From Phoronis australis (Eukaryota > Animalia > Phoronida), in the NCBI GenBank assembly GCA_002633005.1, contig NMRA01000038.1, forward strand, positions 537,501-580,213: a stretch of DNA of 42,713 bases, in the 5' to 3' direction. Shown piece after piece: positions 1 through 14,300 of this stretch (positions within the stretch are counted from its first letter, which is position 1; every line of letters begins with the position of its first letter). The notes beneath the pieces are model-generated. The model had not been told where the DNA came from. It saw only the letters and a list, made by a program, of their open reading frames with translations, and made no database searches. The translations under genes and the position numbers were made by a program.

Positions 1-135
1 AGAGTTGAATTAACAAGAGTTGAATTAACAAGAGTTGAATTAACAAGAGTTGAATTAACAAGAGTTGAATTAACAAGAGTTGAATTAACAAGAGTTGAAT
101 TAACAAGAGTTGAATTAACAAGAGTTGAATTAACA
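1..135. repeat. Perfect 15-bp minisatellite (AGAGTTGAATTAACA)x9, truncated by the window edge
   Basis: Direct reading; no spacers between units. Confidence 0.97.
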
Positions 136-147
136 AGACAATTGACA

Positions 148-1713
148 CAGACCTGTGTACCACCAAAACTGCATTGGAGTTCTCTGTGCCTGGTTGCATG
201 AAACAGTCCCAATTAGGGACTCAACTGAGGTCCCTATGTCTTTTTGCGTATTTTTGTATTTATGGATTCACATATGCAGTATTTTTTTATCATTTCATCT
301 TTATTATGAGCTCCTCTTTGATTAAAGACATTTTCTAATGATACAACTAAAAATGGAGCCCAGAGTTCATTGAAAATAAATAGGGACCCAGTACTTAAAT
401 TGGGGGTGTTGCATGAAAAAATCCCTAATTATTTTCCATAATATTGGCAATACAACGTAGAGTTCACTCTCGATTTGTATCAAAGTCAAAAGTTGACTTA
501 GCAATGAAACTAAAACAATACAAGAAAGGGCAATCAATGTTTTCACAAGTCTACAAATTGTCGCATACAGATCAAATTTACCCTAAAATATAGGGGGTGG
601 TTTGAATTTTTCGCAGTGGACCTTTCTCTAACTAAAAAAAAACAATGGGTTTGCTCAGCGTTCAGAGCTTTCGCCGAATTCTTGCCTCTTTAGTGATCTT
701 TTGTCTCGTTTTCTCAGACTTTTGGTTTCATTCAAGCCCCCCTGGGTATGCACATGGGTACTTTTCTTACTTACTTGCCTCTAAAACAGTTTCTAAAATA
801 CACGTAGTGAATTGATCACCAATTTTCAGAATAATTTAAGTTGTTTAGTTGAGGGACAACGCGCTTAGTGATCCTGTTAATCAATAGAAAATGTCCTTAT
901 TGAACTTAGTTATGTTAATACATGCCTAATGTACACCTCATTTCTTAACACAAAAACATATCTGCAAAAATGTGTTGATGAATCTGCACTGGACAATGTT
1001 TTGCACCAGACGATATTTTCTAAACCATTCACAAAAGTTTTTAATAATTATTCATAGCAAGCGTCTGTGAACACGTACCACCATACTACATGCGAAAAGA
1101 CCTCGAGGCTCGACTGCAGCTCGAGTATTATCGTCAGCTCAACATGCTACGAAGTCAGTGCAGTCCGCAAAAAACAACACGCTATACAACTTGCAGAATA
1201 AATTCTATTATTCCTTGAATAAGACATTGTCATTCTTTGGAATAACATTGCAAAAACAGAATGTTCCCTTCTTTCAGAAGCTACTTTCTTCACAGCTCGG
1301 AATTTGCGACCACTCATGCTTTTTACGTATTTAGCCATAAATAGCCGAAATTAGACAATGTAAGTGATCCACAAATCACAGAAGTCATTGCTTATAGGTT
1401 AGGCCTATGACACACATACCAATAGAAGAGGCCTCGCGATTTGCCGATTATCAGGCTATTTCGGGGATGAAACGAAGCAAGTTTTCCGAGTTTGTAGCTC
1501 AACTTTTTGGCTAAAATAATGATTTTACAATATAATTATGTTTTTAATTCCTAACTTCAAAGTTTGGACTACGAATCGGCGTATTTATTGAGAAACAAGT
1601 GAATTAATAATCACTTTTGAATTTGCTGAATTTGCGTATTTTTGTGTGGCCGTGCGTACTTGAGGCTTGATTTCTGTACGAATCCACATTTTTACATATG
1701 GTACACAGGTCTG
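148..1713. mobile_element. Non-autonomous DNA transposon with 15-bp TIRs (CAGACCTGTGTACCA)
   Basis: Perfect inverted repeat at 148-162 and 1699-1713; flanks TTGACA/TTGATA are a possible degenerate 6-bp TSD; no transposase ORF. Confidence 0.7.
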
Positions 1714-1811
1714 TTGATATTAAAATCCAGCACTAGAAAACTGGCCATTAAATATAAAAAAGACACAAGATGGCAACGTGTCTGGTAATTTATGTTATGG
1801 TTCTTATGACT

Positions 1812-2184
1812 ATAAAGGGGCAATCTACAATTAATTGTACTTCAAAACCACTTGCCTGGACTTCAAAACCAGTCGGCTGGACTGCAAAACCAAATGGCCA
1901 GTGGTCAGAGGTGTTGTCTGAACTTCAAAACGTAATGGCCTCACCCAAAAAACTAGTTGACTGGACCCAAAACCAATGGCCGGTGCTATAACCAGTTGGC
2001 CGTTTGAGCACCAGCCAACCTGTTTTACGTCCGGCCAACCAGTTTTTTGGGTGTGTTTATCTGGTTTTGAGGTACCGGAGATCGCGTTTTAAGGTCCGAC
2101 CTCCAAGTTAGAACACAGGCCATTGGGCTTTGCAGTTCAGCCAGCTGGTTTTGAAATCCGACCAATTGTTGATTCCCCCTTTAC
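1812..2184. mobile_element. MITE with TIRs (TAAAGGGG(C)AATC(T/A)ACAATT) and internal inverted sub-repeats
   Basis: Terminal inverted match; repeated ctggacttcaaaacca-like units in the left half and their reverse complements in the right half. Confidence 0.7.
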
Positions 2185-2265
2185 TATGTGGGAAGCCTCC
2201 ATATGATTACTAGTCAATTAATCGCAGTGACATTACAAGAGCACATTCACAGTGTGAGTACCTAC

Positions 2266-2379
2266 CTCTCCCTGACATCCATAGTTTGGGAACCCCAGCA
2301 TGAACACAGGTGATCCCTTGGGGAACAGCTCGTCCAAGGTCTTGAACTGAGCAAAGGACGAGTCATGCACGGATATGTC
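2266..2379 (-). CDS. XRN1: XRN1 exon ([38 protein letters not shown])
   Basis: ttgcag acceptor, gtaggt donor, 114 nt; gene continues beyond position 1. Confidence 0.94.
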
Positions 2380-5300
2380 CTGCAATGAATCACAATTATT
2401 ATAACAATGACTCGGGTCTAATTTTAATCATGGACAGTCCAACAACATTGTCTATTTTCTCTGTGATTATATCACGAAATCTACCGCCACTTTGGAAGTG
2501 GTCTGTATTTTTCACATCATACTTTCAATTATTCCGCAATTATCGGTTTTCTTGCCAAAACTTACCACCAAAATTTGATACAGTGTCTTCAACTTTGCCA
2601 CAATTTGACCACATTTTCTGACAATTACTGGACTTTTTTACCAATTTTCTTTACAGTTTTCACACAAAGTTTAAAAAACCTTACAACAGACACACCCTAA
2701 AATCTACTTCGTAAAAAAACTTCAAAACTTCACATAGGTACAAGCAGTCTACAGCTACCAACTTCCATAATGTACCTTAACCGTTGTCTGTAAGGCATAC
2801 GGCACCGGATTCTCCGCCCACTGTTTTGTTAATGTGACGTTGCCGTGACTACCACAGACGTACTTCCGTCCCATCATGGGCGTGCAGTAGAGGAGGACAA
2901 ATGTTGTACCCACGTCGACACCGCGACTGTCATGGTACCTGTGAGTGAGACGCAACAAGCTGAAATCTTTAACACAGAATTAATGAAAGAATGACACCGA
3001 ACAGTATTTCCCAAATATTTTAAATCTGGTCTGCATGCCACCTGGTGGCTGCATCACATGACCTAATAAATATAAGTCCGAAAAGTTTTCTGCCCCCGAC
3101 CAGGATTTGAACCCAGGACTCTGTGCTAACTGTGCAGACGCTTTAGCCACTAAGACATCGGCACCACTGGTCAAACACAGCAATCCAATCAGACTATATT
3201 TCCATTCTGGTTCAAGTTTTACACACACACAACCACGCACTCACACACACACACACATATACAGCATTATTTGACCCCTCCTCTCAATGGCGCCAAACAG
3301 GAGTTTTGCCACAACAAATTAAATGAAATATCATTCCCGTGAAAATCGTCCAGATATGTCGAAAATCATGGAGAACAGATTATTTGAGCAAGGAGACATT
3401 TTTTCTCTGAAATTTTGCCCAGTAGCCCACAATATTTTGAAAACAACTATTAAATCACTGCAATACTTCAACATAATATCCAACAGTACCTCTCTCTAAC
3501 ACCTATGTATAATGCCATGGAGTATCACAATCCCCCCAGTAGCTTACTACCAGTAACTCTGTGTAACACTTTAATGTAGTAAACATGTCTCATACCACAA
3601 CACAATGCCAGAGAGTGTGTCTCTGTTATAATTCAATGCAATACTGCCCCAATACCTCTCTGTAATACTGTTACTTTGTCTGTGCCATATAGCAATATCA
3701 TCTTGATTCATCTTTTCTGTCTTCAACTGTGTAACACGTTTTTTGCCATGCCCTCTCTGTTTCTGGTCCGACTCGTCGATGGAGATTCTGAACACAATAA
3801 AACAAAAGCTCAGACAACGGCGGATTCTTAAAGGATAGTTTATTGCAGCTTTGGTAAGATCAGGGGCCTGTTTCTTGACTATAGATAGCTGAAATTTTTT
3901 TTGTTTGTTTTTTGTTTTGGATTTCTCAAAGCGTTTCGACTTCTGTCTAATCAAGCAGACTACATATTTCTGCCTTTCGACTTAAAACTTGTAGACAGAT
4001 CTTGTGACTTTCAGCCCGAGCCAGATGTCAGAATATAGTCTGACAGTATTTTTAGTTGTATTCATTGTTTTGTTTTGTTATTCTGTTTGATTGGCATGAC
4101 CCCTGAGTTAAGTACAATGATGATGTAATTTGTTTACTACAGAATAGTATGGAACTTTCTAGTAGACTGAGTTCAGTAGTGATGATGTAATTTGTTTACT
4201 GCAGTATAGTGTGGAACTTTCTAGAAGACTCTAGCATGACAGTGATTAATGCAGTCTGGAATATTCTAGAGACTAGTATATGTTTGTAGAATGGTTGGGT
4301 GGATTCAGGAAAGTTCTAGAACGTGCTGGAATTGATGATATCACTATGCACTGTAAGATGAGCACATGATCACACTAGCTTCACTCAAAATTCTTGCGTC
4401 AACATAACACAGTCCACGATAATCAGAAGTGGGAGGTTCATGTATTGTGCGGAAGTTTGTGGCTTTCCAAGCACACACCCACCTGGGCAAATGATCAGCA
4501 CTGAAGTGAATGGACAATGAAGTCAGAATGTACACAAGGGAGAAAACACAAATTCCATTCTGTAAACCAAAATATCCCACCACAAGTGTCTAAAGAGTTA
4601 CTGGCATTATGGAACAGGCTTTAAACCCATTAATGTTACACAAAACATAATGCATTATTTTTGTTACTAGTTAACTGGAGCTCTGCGTTAGTAAAATTAG
4701 AGGTTTTTACGTGGACTACACGCTGGTGTGTTTGACTAGGCCTCTCACGACAATAAACGGACCTCATGGATTCGTGCCATACTCCATAAGCTGAATACCC
4801 TAGACTGTACCACAATTTACGCGCCTATGTAAAAAAATGGTTTTGAACTGATTTTCTCACACATTTAGTGTTGGCTAATATTGCAATCTGCTTTCAAGCA
4901 CATTTAGTGTTGGCTAATATTGCAATCTGCTTTCAAGCACATTTAGTGTTGGCTAATATTGCAATCTGCTTTCAAGCACATTTAGTGTTGGCTAATATTG
5001 CAATCTGCTTTCAAGCAGACTGCCACGAAAGATAAAACAACTATTTTAGAATAATTAATAATCAAATGGGTACAAATACAACAGTGAAGGTAAAACAATG
5101 TTACAAGTAACGTCAAATTGTACTGGATGGCCATCGCAATGTAATCTAAATCATTTTCAACAGAAAGCAAGCACATATGTAAATTCCTGAATCCAATCTC
5201 ATTTTGTAACCAAGTTACAGAGTATGTCGGTATTATACCAAAAAATAGTGCCATTTAAGTAGGAAACTACAAAAATTTTCTTTGGTGACAGAAATTCTCT

Positions 5301-8300
5301 AGACATCAATTTACACACTAAGACCCAAGCCAATCACACTTGACTCGAAACTTTAACTCAGAAAGTTCACGAATCTCATTGCGCGAAATTTGAAAGTTTA
5401 CTCAGAGTGCACCGTGTGACTGGCAGATCTTTAAAAACAAGTTCTTAGTATAGAGTAGTAGCCTCAGGCCCGACATTCAATTGAAATGGAAACACGAAAT
5501 CCAGACGGATATTTCTTACTTTGTTGAACCGTCAGCGACAGACACGACCCGCGCCTCTAACAAGTGGGGCCAGCCCACAAATATACTCTCGCCTAAGTAG
5601 TCGCTGGCTATCTTGTTCAAATCAGCCTGCTGGAAAACAGAACAGACGACAAAACATATCAATATGACTTACAACTAACAAACACATAACAAAAGTTGAA
5701 TAAACACAACAGTGTTAAACATATTAAATCAAGGAATATTAAAATCAGCTTAAAATCACCGAAGGTACTACAGCGACTTTCAATTATCGGCATAGATTTT
5801 GTACTCTCACGATCTGTTGGAAACAATATGGACATTCTCAGCCTTTTGTCAACACTGCACTTAGAGCGGATATATATTGCTCTTGGTTCAAAATATCCAA
5901 CAAAGTAAATTGAAGATTTCTCTACATTACCTAGAAACATTTCTAAACTCAAATTACGAAAACGTACAGGATCTCCATCAGCCAAAATCTGTAACATCAT
6001 ATTTTCACCTCGACTGTTCATCTGGAAGACTTTGACACCAGCCTTCTTGAGAAACGCCTGTCAAATAGACGCACATTCTCCTGATATTCAACAATGGATA
6101 GCGTCTAATAGACGCACATTCTCCTGATATTCAACAATGGATAGCGGTCAATTTTGTTAGCACAAGTTTATTACGTCAACCAAAAAGTACAAGAAGAGCA
6201 GTATAAGTCGAATAAAAACATTACGTAATACTCAACAATATGCGTAATTATATTTACACCAAAAAAGCACCACCTTGCCTGGAAACTTTCAGGAGTCAAC
6301 TTATACTAGCGTGATTCTTTATTTATAACTGAACTGACTACCAACATAGGAAAGTCTAACAAGTTGAGAAAACTAATATGAACAGGTTCGTAACAGATAA
6401 ATCGTGATAACTTCAAGTGCATGCATATGCGTCAGCCTGTCTTGAGGAGTGCAATCTGTTTTTTTAGTTCTAAGTCTCATGATGTAAAGTTATTGTTAAC
6501 TTTGTGGCAGAAAGCCCTCCGTTTGCTTAATGTTCCAGGGGTCTGTTTCATGAAGAGTGACTTAAAGACTTGAGACAGAAATGTTGTCTTACACTCCCTC
6601 TTCATAACTGCCAAAGTTTAGTCGTGTAATTATTAACACATAACTGACTAGAAATAATTTGTACAAATTTTCTCAAAAAGTATCAATTATGGGCATATTC
6701 TCAGATACTTTATTCGAGAACGATAATGAGTTTTTATCATTTTCAGAAATAGTAATGTGGAGCGTAAGACTAAATTTCTGCCTCTTAAGACTTAAAAGTC
6801 CTAAGTCATTTTTCATGAAACAGAACCCTGATGTCACAAAAACTGAAACAATCTTGAGAGAATGTCTAAAAAACTTGGATATGGATTTGGAAAGCATGGT
6901 ATCACCGCTTTAATTCAGACCCCATCTCTGTGCAAGATAACATTTAGTCAAAGTTTGTAACTGTAAAATCGTAAATCCATTTTACCAAACATAAAGTCAG
7001 TGCGTGAATACTTCCCAGTAACTAAGAGTGCGACTACCATGAAATCTCACCAATTTCAGACAAAAATAGTTGCGAAAATTATCCTATTTTCGATTTTCAA
7101 GGTCTTCTAAAATTGTTTTGAACACCCAACATTTTTTAAATATTTTCTTATAGTAGTTATGGCACAGAACTTGAACAAGGCAAAGCCTCTCAATTTAATG
7201 CCAAACTGTGTGCTAAATTTGTGAGATTTTACTGTAAAAGTTTTTCTTTATCGAGTTTCCTTGGTTTAAACCAATGAGATATGAGCAAACGAACAGACTA
7301 AACTGTATTGTACATCATGAGTTTGGACTAATTACTAGGAGCGCGACATCACCAGTTTCCAGATCTATTGCATAACAGTCCGTCTTCAGAGATTATCATG
7401 TCCTTACCCTATGGGGAACGTGCTTCAGTGTTGGGAAGCCTGGGAAGTAGACGTCCAATCTCACGTTGTCGCACAAACCCAACTTCTGAGCTTCGATAGG
7501 CACACGGAACTCGTTCTGATCAATGGCCGTCATACTGAAGACCAAGCAATGAAACGATGATGTAAGAGATGGCCACATTTTACTAACGTTCTCGTAAACA
7601 CAAGTGGTCTGGAACAAATTCATTTCATCCACAGTATTATTGTGAGTGAAATAAAAAAATCATGTGTACGAGAGCTTCCGCATTTATTCTCAACTCTAAT
7701 AAAAACAGAAGGTGAAAATCTATAAAATGTTACATAACGACCTACAGGAAGTTTCATTCTCCATACTTCTTAGTAACCATCTCTCTCCTTCTTCTCTTTT
7801 TCTTATTCCACAGAACAATGCACCCCCCCCCCAGCACAGGGGGTGCTTTTATAACTGATTTTACCTACCACTGTTACTTAAATATCTGAGTGTACACATA
7901 ACGTAATGTATTTTTTGCCAACAGTTATGCCACTTAGGTTTGCTTCTCTGGAAATGGAGCTGTGCATGGACAGAAACCATAGCAACATAAGTCAAACATA
8001 AACACTATTGAGAGAAGAGCTTCCCAGAAAAGTTAGGGAAATTTACCGGTGTTGTATAGATTTAGTCGTTTGTACGCAAAAGTATGACAGCTTGAGAATG
8101 GAAATTTGACCTACTTGGCATGGTTAAGGGTTACTGAAGGGAAGATGTCCCCAGGGGAACGATACTCCCCGAGGGACTCATCTGTGTGTTGAAACATCAG
8201 GTGGGGCCCGTGTCGGTTACGAGACTTCTCCTCGGGGGCCAAGTGATCTTCCATGCTACGAATGGCCCTTAAAAGCTTCTCCTGAGAAGTGGAAGAACAG

Positions 8301-11300
8301 AGTTACAGTTGGTGCATTTTAATGATTAATCTTCTTCAATCACAGTTTTGGCATGGCATATGAAAAATGAACATCATATTAGTTTGAAAAACAGTTTTAA
8401 ACATGGTATTATACCAAATGATTTGAATAAAAAGAAAAATGACAATTAACAAAAGAAGAAGATGCCGGTGTAATTAGCACTAGATATTCACATTTTGATG
8501 ATGTCACAAAGGCATATGGAAAGCAGCTGACATGTATTAATAGTGTTCAATGTCGTCTGAAAAATAAATTTTAATGTGACCGTTCGTCACACATCTGGGG
8601 CTTTTGAGTTTCAGCTTAGCCTGTTTCATGAACATTAAGCTAAGGCTGAAAGTCAGAAAATCTGTCAACAACTCAAAGGCAGAAAACAAAAATCGTAAAA
8701 GACAAAGAAACCAACTGTCATATTTCTGACTTTCGCTTAAGTCAGAAAATCAAAACCAATAGTTTGTTTAAGAAACAGGATCCTGATCTGTCTTCTTATC
8801 TCCAGCTCCAAATTGGATGACAGATCTGCCTCATCTCCAGACCCAAATTGAATGACACATCTGCCTTCCTATGACCGGCCCAAAATTGGATGACAGATCT
8901 GCCTTCTTATCCCGAGAAGGCTGCTGGGATTTGTTCACCCATGGTGATTGGTCAGCATAACAGCACACAATGTTATTCTAATTACTGGTAAGACGCCTTC
9001 GTGAATGTCCCGTTTTAGTGGAATTTCTCAACAAATTTTGTTGTTTGCACAAACACGTATCAGTACCTGTAATCACTGTACTTCTTAATCAAACAATGAG
9101 TTCCAATACCCTTCCTACCTCGTCAATGAATGGTATAAGTACAACTGCCTCCCAGTCTTGCTGCTTCCCATTGAGGTCTGTCTCAAACTTGGACGGGTAG
9201 AACTGTACGATGGGCGATGTGTCATTCACCATTAGCGTCTGTAAAAAGGAAATGATGTCATAGTGAAGCAGCCAATGAGAATGACTGTTTCAAACTTTAA
9301 TGACTTTTAATTATAGTTGAGTACTGCCCTTTTGCCCTCACACCTAGAGCGGGGTCATGGCGATAAGCCACTGCCATGCAGTGGAAAATTCCACCAGCAC
9401 ACCAAAGAAATGTCGACGATGGCAGTAGCCCCCTCCCCCAAGACACTTGTGGCCAAAAATCCTGGGAAAAGCAAGGAAATGGCGACTTCACTGCCATAAT
9501 TCAATATTCCAGCCTCACCGACCATCCAGCCTCACCGACCGCCAATTTGATAGTCTATGCTAGCAGAGTCTGGAAATTACTCACAAAACATTCGCCATTA
9601 CATGACTTTGCATAAGTTCGCCAAACTGACAAACTTCACTCAGCAGAACACACCCCTGTGAATAGACCCAACCAACCCAACCTCGTCCCACCATCAATAC
9701 AAAAACTCTAGCAGGCCATTGGTACAAACTGACTAAGCCTCGTCCACCATACCTGTAGTGGTGCTGGTAACAAACTCTTACTGGCGGCTGGTAGGACCGC
9801 CATAAGCTGCTCAAATGGCAGGAAAGGTGTGCCAAGATCAAACTCAATCTTCATGTCACTGAAGTTCTTCACGTCACTCAGGTAGGGGGCGTAGTGGTGC
9901 GCATAGAACCTGAGAAAGGAGGGGAAGCAATTTCAATGATTACATCCTACGTGACTAAGTTAGTTGTATATTCTGGTTACATCGTTATCTGCATATGAAT
10001 AGCGATATTCCAACAAGTGTAGAAAAATTACAAAGGTTCCACAACCCTATGTAACCAACCCTGCCTGTAATTCGCAACAGCACTCAGTTTTACGAAGGTA
10101 TGTTGAAAACCACTAGAAAATGTTAAGTTCAATATCTACATCAACCTTCAGGTTATGAAGAACCCTAGAAATACATCCAAATTTGACTAATGTTCAAATG
10201 TCCTATCTTAAAAATGGCTGATCAAACTCGTATGAAACTTTTACATACTACGTTTTATGCACTATTCTCAAAAACGCTGATAAGATTAACTATTTTTAAA
10301 ATTTTCCACTTGTGCACGAGGGCCTATCAAAAAAATAGAACCTTCATGATTTTCATGAAAAAATAAAAGTTACATACAATGAAAACTAAATATTTTACAA
10401 AACTGTAACAGCGTTTTCAAGATCTCATCTTGAGCACTTACATCAAATAAATCTTAATCAAGACATGTTATTGATAGCAGTTTTACAATCGAAGTAACTC
10501 TCTTGCTAATTTGAACAAGAAAGACACGTGACCCTATTATTGTAAGACTTGTGAAAAGTCAAAAATCAAATTCTACACGCTTTCTAGTTTCAGAAAATAC
10601 ATGATTTTATTGAACCAAATCTATAGTTTTGTAGTTACTTGGCTGGACGCACAGACTTGTCAACGAGGTCCTACAAAACTTTACTGCTTGAAGAGAGTAG
10701 GCAGTGTGGCCTAGTGTGATAAGTGACTGCTTTCTTTACTCAAGGTCGTGGGTTCAAATCCCACTGGGTCACACTACTAAACCCTTGAGTCAGGTCTCTA
10801 GCTTCTCAGCTCAGTTTTAACAGTATATTAATAAAGCATGAAAATGGCTCCAGGTGATCAGTGCACTGGGCCCACATGTGTGGCCTGTGCACGTCTGGTA
10901 CAACGTGTATCATACCGCCTGCAATTATTTTTATTAATGCACGAAACGCTCTCACACTATTGGACGCTGTCACCCAACGATGCCCCACTTACCAGCCCCA
11001 AGAGGGGACACCGTTGAAATAGTAGTGAAGGATCCACTGAATGGCACGCACGTAACCATATGCCTGCTCTTGGAGTACGTCCCTGCAATAAAAAACCTGA
11101 CACTTAAATTGATACTTAATGACTTGTTCAGCCTGTAAATAGATATTAACAAATAACGGATGACTTAAGCTTTAGCAACAAAATATTATGCACCTTCATC
11201 AACCCTTAAAAGTTTGTAATGCTTTGAAAATTTACCCACAAAGCTTGAATAATTCCATCCTGGGACAAATAGGGATAATCCTTGACAATATGAAAAATGT

Positions 11301-14300
11301 CTCGTGGACTAGGATGTATTTTAAATGTTGTTAACAAAACATAATAAGTTTTGGTCCTTCATAAACAAGAGCGTACAAAGAGTCATCAGTATTGCACAAT
11401 CAGCTGACATTAACTTTTTGAGGACTTCAAAAAATATGCATGGGCATTCCAGATCAGAGATTTATGGAAAACTATCTCCCAAACAGGAAAAGCGCCAGTT
11501 CATCTAACACATTTTAGTTAACTTCCTAGCTAGCTAAACTAGCCTACAATTATCAATGAAATGTTGTCTGCTTCAACATCAGTTTTGATGCAGAGGTTAC
11601 TTCCCATAAATCATTGCGCAGATGACTAAACACACTAGTGGTATATAAGTCAACTGTCCCCTATCTCCGAGACAAAAGTGACCAGGTAAAACATTGTTTT
11701 CTCCATCATGACAGCTATAATGACCAGTAATAAATATTAGGGTCATTGGCAAAATTCTGATGACAAATTGGCTTAGACACCTTACGAACTTTCCAGTTAA
11801 TTCCCCTTCATTCTCAGTCATCAGGGGAGACTACTCTTACAATGAATTTGGCATTTGTCCACCTGTCATGACGGGGTATTACGGTTCATTATGTCTGAAT
11901 ACCCCCCAATGTTAGCTACATACTCTGTGACATCGTCATACTCCAACTTGTTCCTGTAATAGCTCGCCTTGTGGTGCCTGAACTCTGCCAAGAACATGTC
12001 ATCCTCCGAGCTCTCTGTCAGCTCCCCACTCTGCTCATCAGTGTCATTGACATTGTTATCATCGCCATCCGTGGTCGATGTCGCATTGAGATCTAGTCAT
12101 AAAAAGATGGTTGTTTGCTTATTAAAGAAGTATTTGTATGCTCCTAACTAGGCTAATGTATATCAGGAACTAAACAACAATGCTATTTTAACACAATCTA
12201 TGCAAAACACAGTGCAGTTGTATTCGCTGACAACTTGTAAATGTGAAAACAAAAATTTTGCTAACAGGCCCCTTTGCGCTAGTGATGTACTTCGTAGTTT
12301 AACATAGCCCGCATCATGCAGTGTTAAACCCCAGCACCATGTCACGGTACTTACTGGACACGGTAATTTTCAACTTACTTCATATTCAAATCGTCACCAC
12401 GTACCAGGATTGTGTTTCTAATTAATTTGGCTAAGCAACCACAGAGGTAAGGAATTAGCCTGCAAATTCCACTTCAAAGGAGAAATGAACTTGCGCCTTC
12501 TGTCAAAAAAGGCATTTAATTTAGACTACTTACACTCATTACTCAGATTTCCAGTCTTGAGAACAACTGACAGATCATTTTTGTTTCAAATGAGGCCCCT
12601 GATGTTTTCTTGTCACAGCGGGTTGGCTTAACCACAGAAATGGCCGCCGGAGTATCTCCGGCAAGGAAAATTTGAGACAACAGAACTTATGGAATTTTGT
12701 ATTAACATTTTAAGTTGTCTACTCGTCTCGCAAGTTCATGAAACTTACAGGAGATAACAAATGAAGATAAAGGCTCCTCACTCACCTGAGGGGAAAATGT
12801 CAATACCCTATAAAAAGGGAATTTTGCGGGTTTTTTACCAACAAGAATTTTTGCATCTTTGTTTACTTAGAGGGTAATTGTTGAGGTGTTTATTTACAGC
12901 ACTGCCTTTTACTATTTTATGCTTTCACAAATAAGCAGGTATCAACTTTAAATTAAACAATGAAGTTTAAGCTCTGTGTTTTCAATACGCGAGAGTGAAG
13001 TACTGCAAAACTGTTTCTAGCACTTCAGTATGTGGCACTTGCTTTATAAGGAAACCAGTTTGGAACATTTCTGGTGCCTGGCGGCCTCGTAACTAAAGTC
13101 AGTGGATTTGAATACGATACTTTTGAGGTTGTCTGATGCTGTGTATGAGTCAAGAAAATATTTATAGTTATCTGTCAAAGATAACAGAGACTATCAGACG
13201 TCGTCAACTTCCCACTAAAAAAACACTTGCCTATTTCAGAGTCTGCCGTCTCATCTCCCTGGAAATCATCGTCGTCAATGTCCAAGAGAGCGGAAAAGGC
13301 ACTGCCATTAGCCTTGTCACTGCCACCTCCAGAGGATTTCTGAAATCACAAAATAACACAAACAATTATAATAACTCTTACTTTCTAGCATTACACAATG
13401 ACTTTGAAATAAAATACAGGATGCCTTCATTGTCCAAAATACTAAAAATTCTGTAAACGAAGTTTACAGAAACAAAGTTTACAGCAAAATTCTTCAGTTC
13501 GGAACAAAGTATGGTGACGTGAAATTTAAATTTTCTGGAAAAATTAATTTTAGCTTGCTCTACACACCAAAGTTGTCGCCAAACGACATCTGGTAAAACT
13601 TTTATTTGCAATGATATATCTAGCATCCAAAACAGCAAATATTAAAAGAAAATTCTTGTTCCCACTGCCATAATTAATGCACTTGCCAAATAAGCGCCAA
13701 TGTGTCATGTTTTACTCACAGCATCATAGGTGGCGTTTCGTCATCAGGTAAAAAAAAAGAAGACCAACAACACTTCGCCAGTTGACAGAAAACAAGAACT
13801 GAGGATCAAAAGGCATTTTCATATGGTTGGGGGATGCCAAGAATTCAACCGAGACATAAACACACTGATTGAACTATTAGTGAACCTAGACAAGTGATAG
13901 CTACTTTCATATGTTGGTATCATTATTTATGTACTATTGACCTTTTCGAAGGGATCAAGTGTACTTTGCTTGGAATACAGACTATGGTGGACAGTACATT
14001 ACGACGTGAACGACCACGGGCAAATGAAAAGTGCACGCCACCCAAGGACAAAAACAGCGTGAGATAGAAATGAATGTTATTGACATGCAAACTTAAATGC
14101 TGGCTATTTATCATACGAAAAGTACAAAGTTAATGACCAATAACAATTGGAAACCGCATGTCAAAGTGAACGTACACATAGCGATTAGTTTCTGGAACAG
14201 TCCACTATGTGAACACCCTGCTGAAAGTGGCACACCGTAATTCTCTACTTATTTTGCACAAAAATAATAATTGTTAAAAGTGTCTTTTTTACATTTTTCA

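Noticed and set aside
1-135. Possible CRISPR array (also the 39-bp repeat at 4859-5018)
   Set aside because: Head-to-tail units with no unique spacers, eukaryotic intron context and no cas genes
3085-3172. tRNA gene (also 10700-10775)
   Set aside because: A/B boxes are present but I could not fold a full cloverleaf, and the flanks are repeat-like; treated as SINE heads. tRNAscan-SE would settle it.
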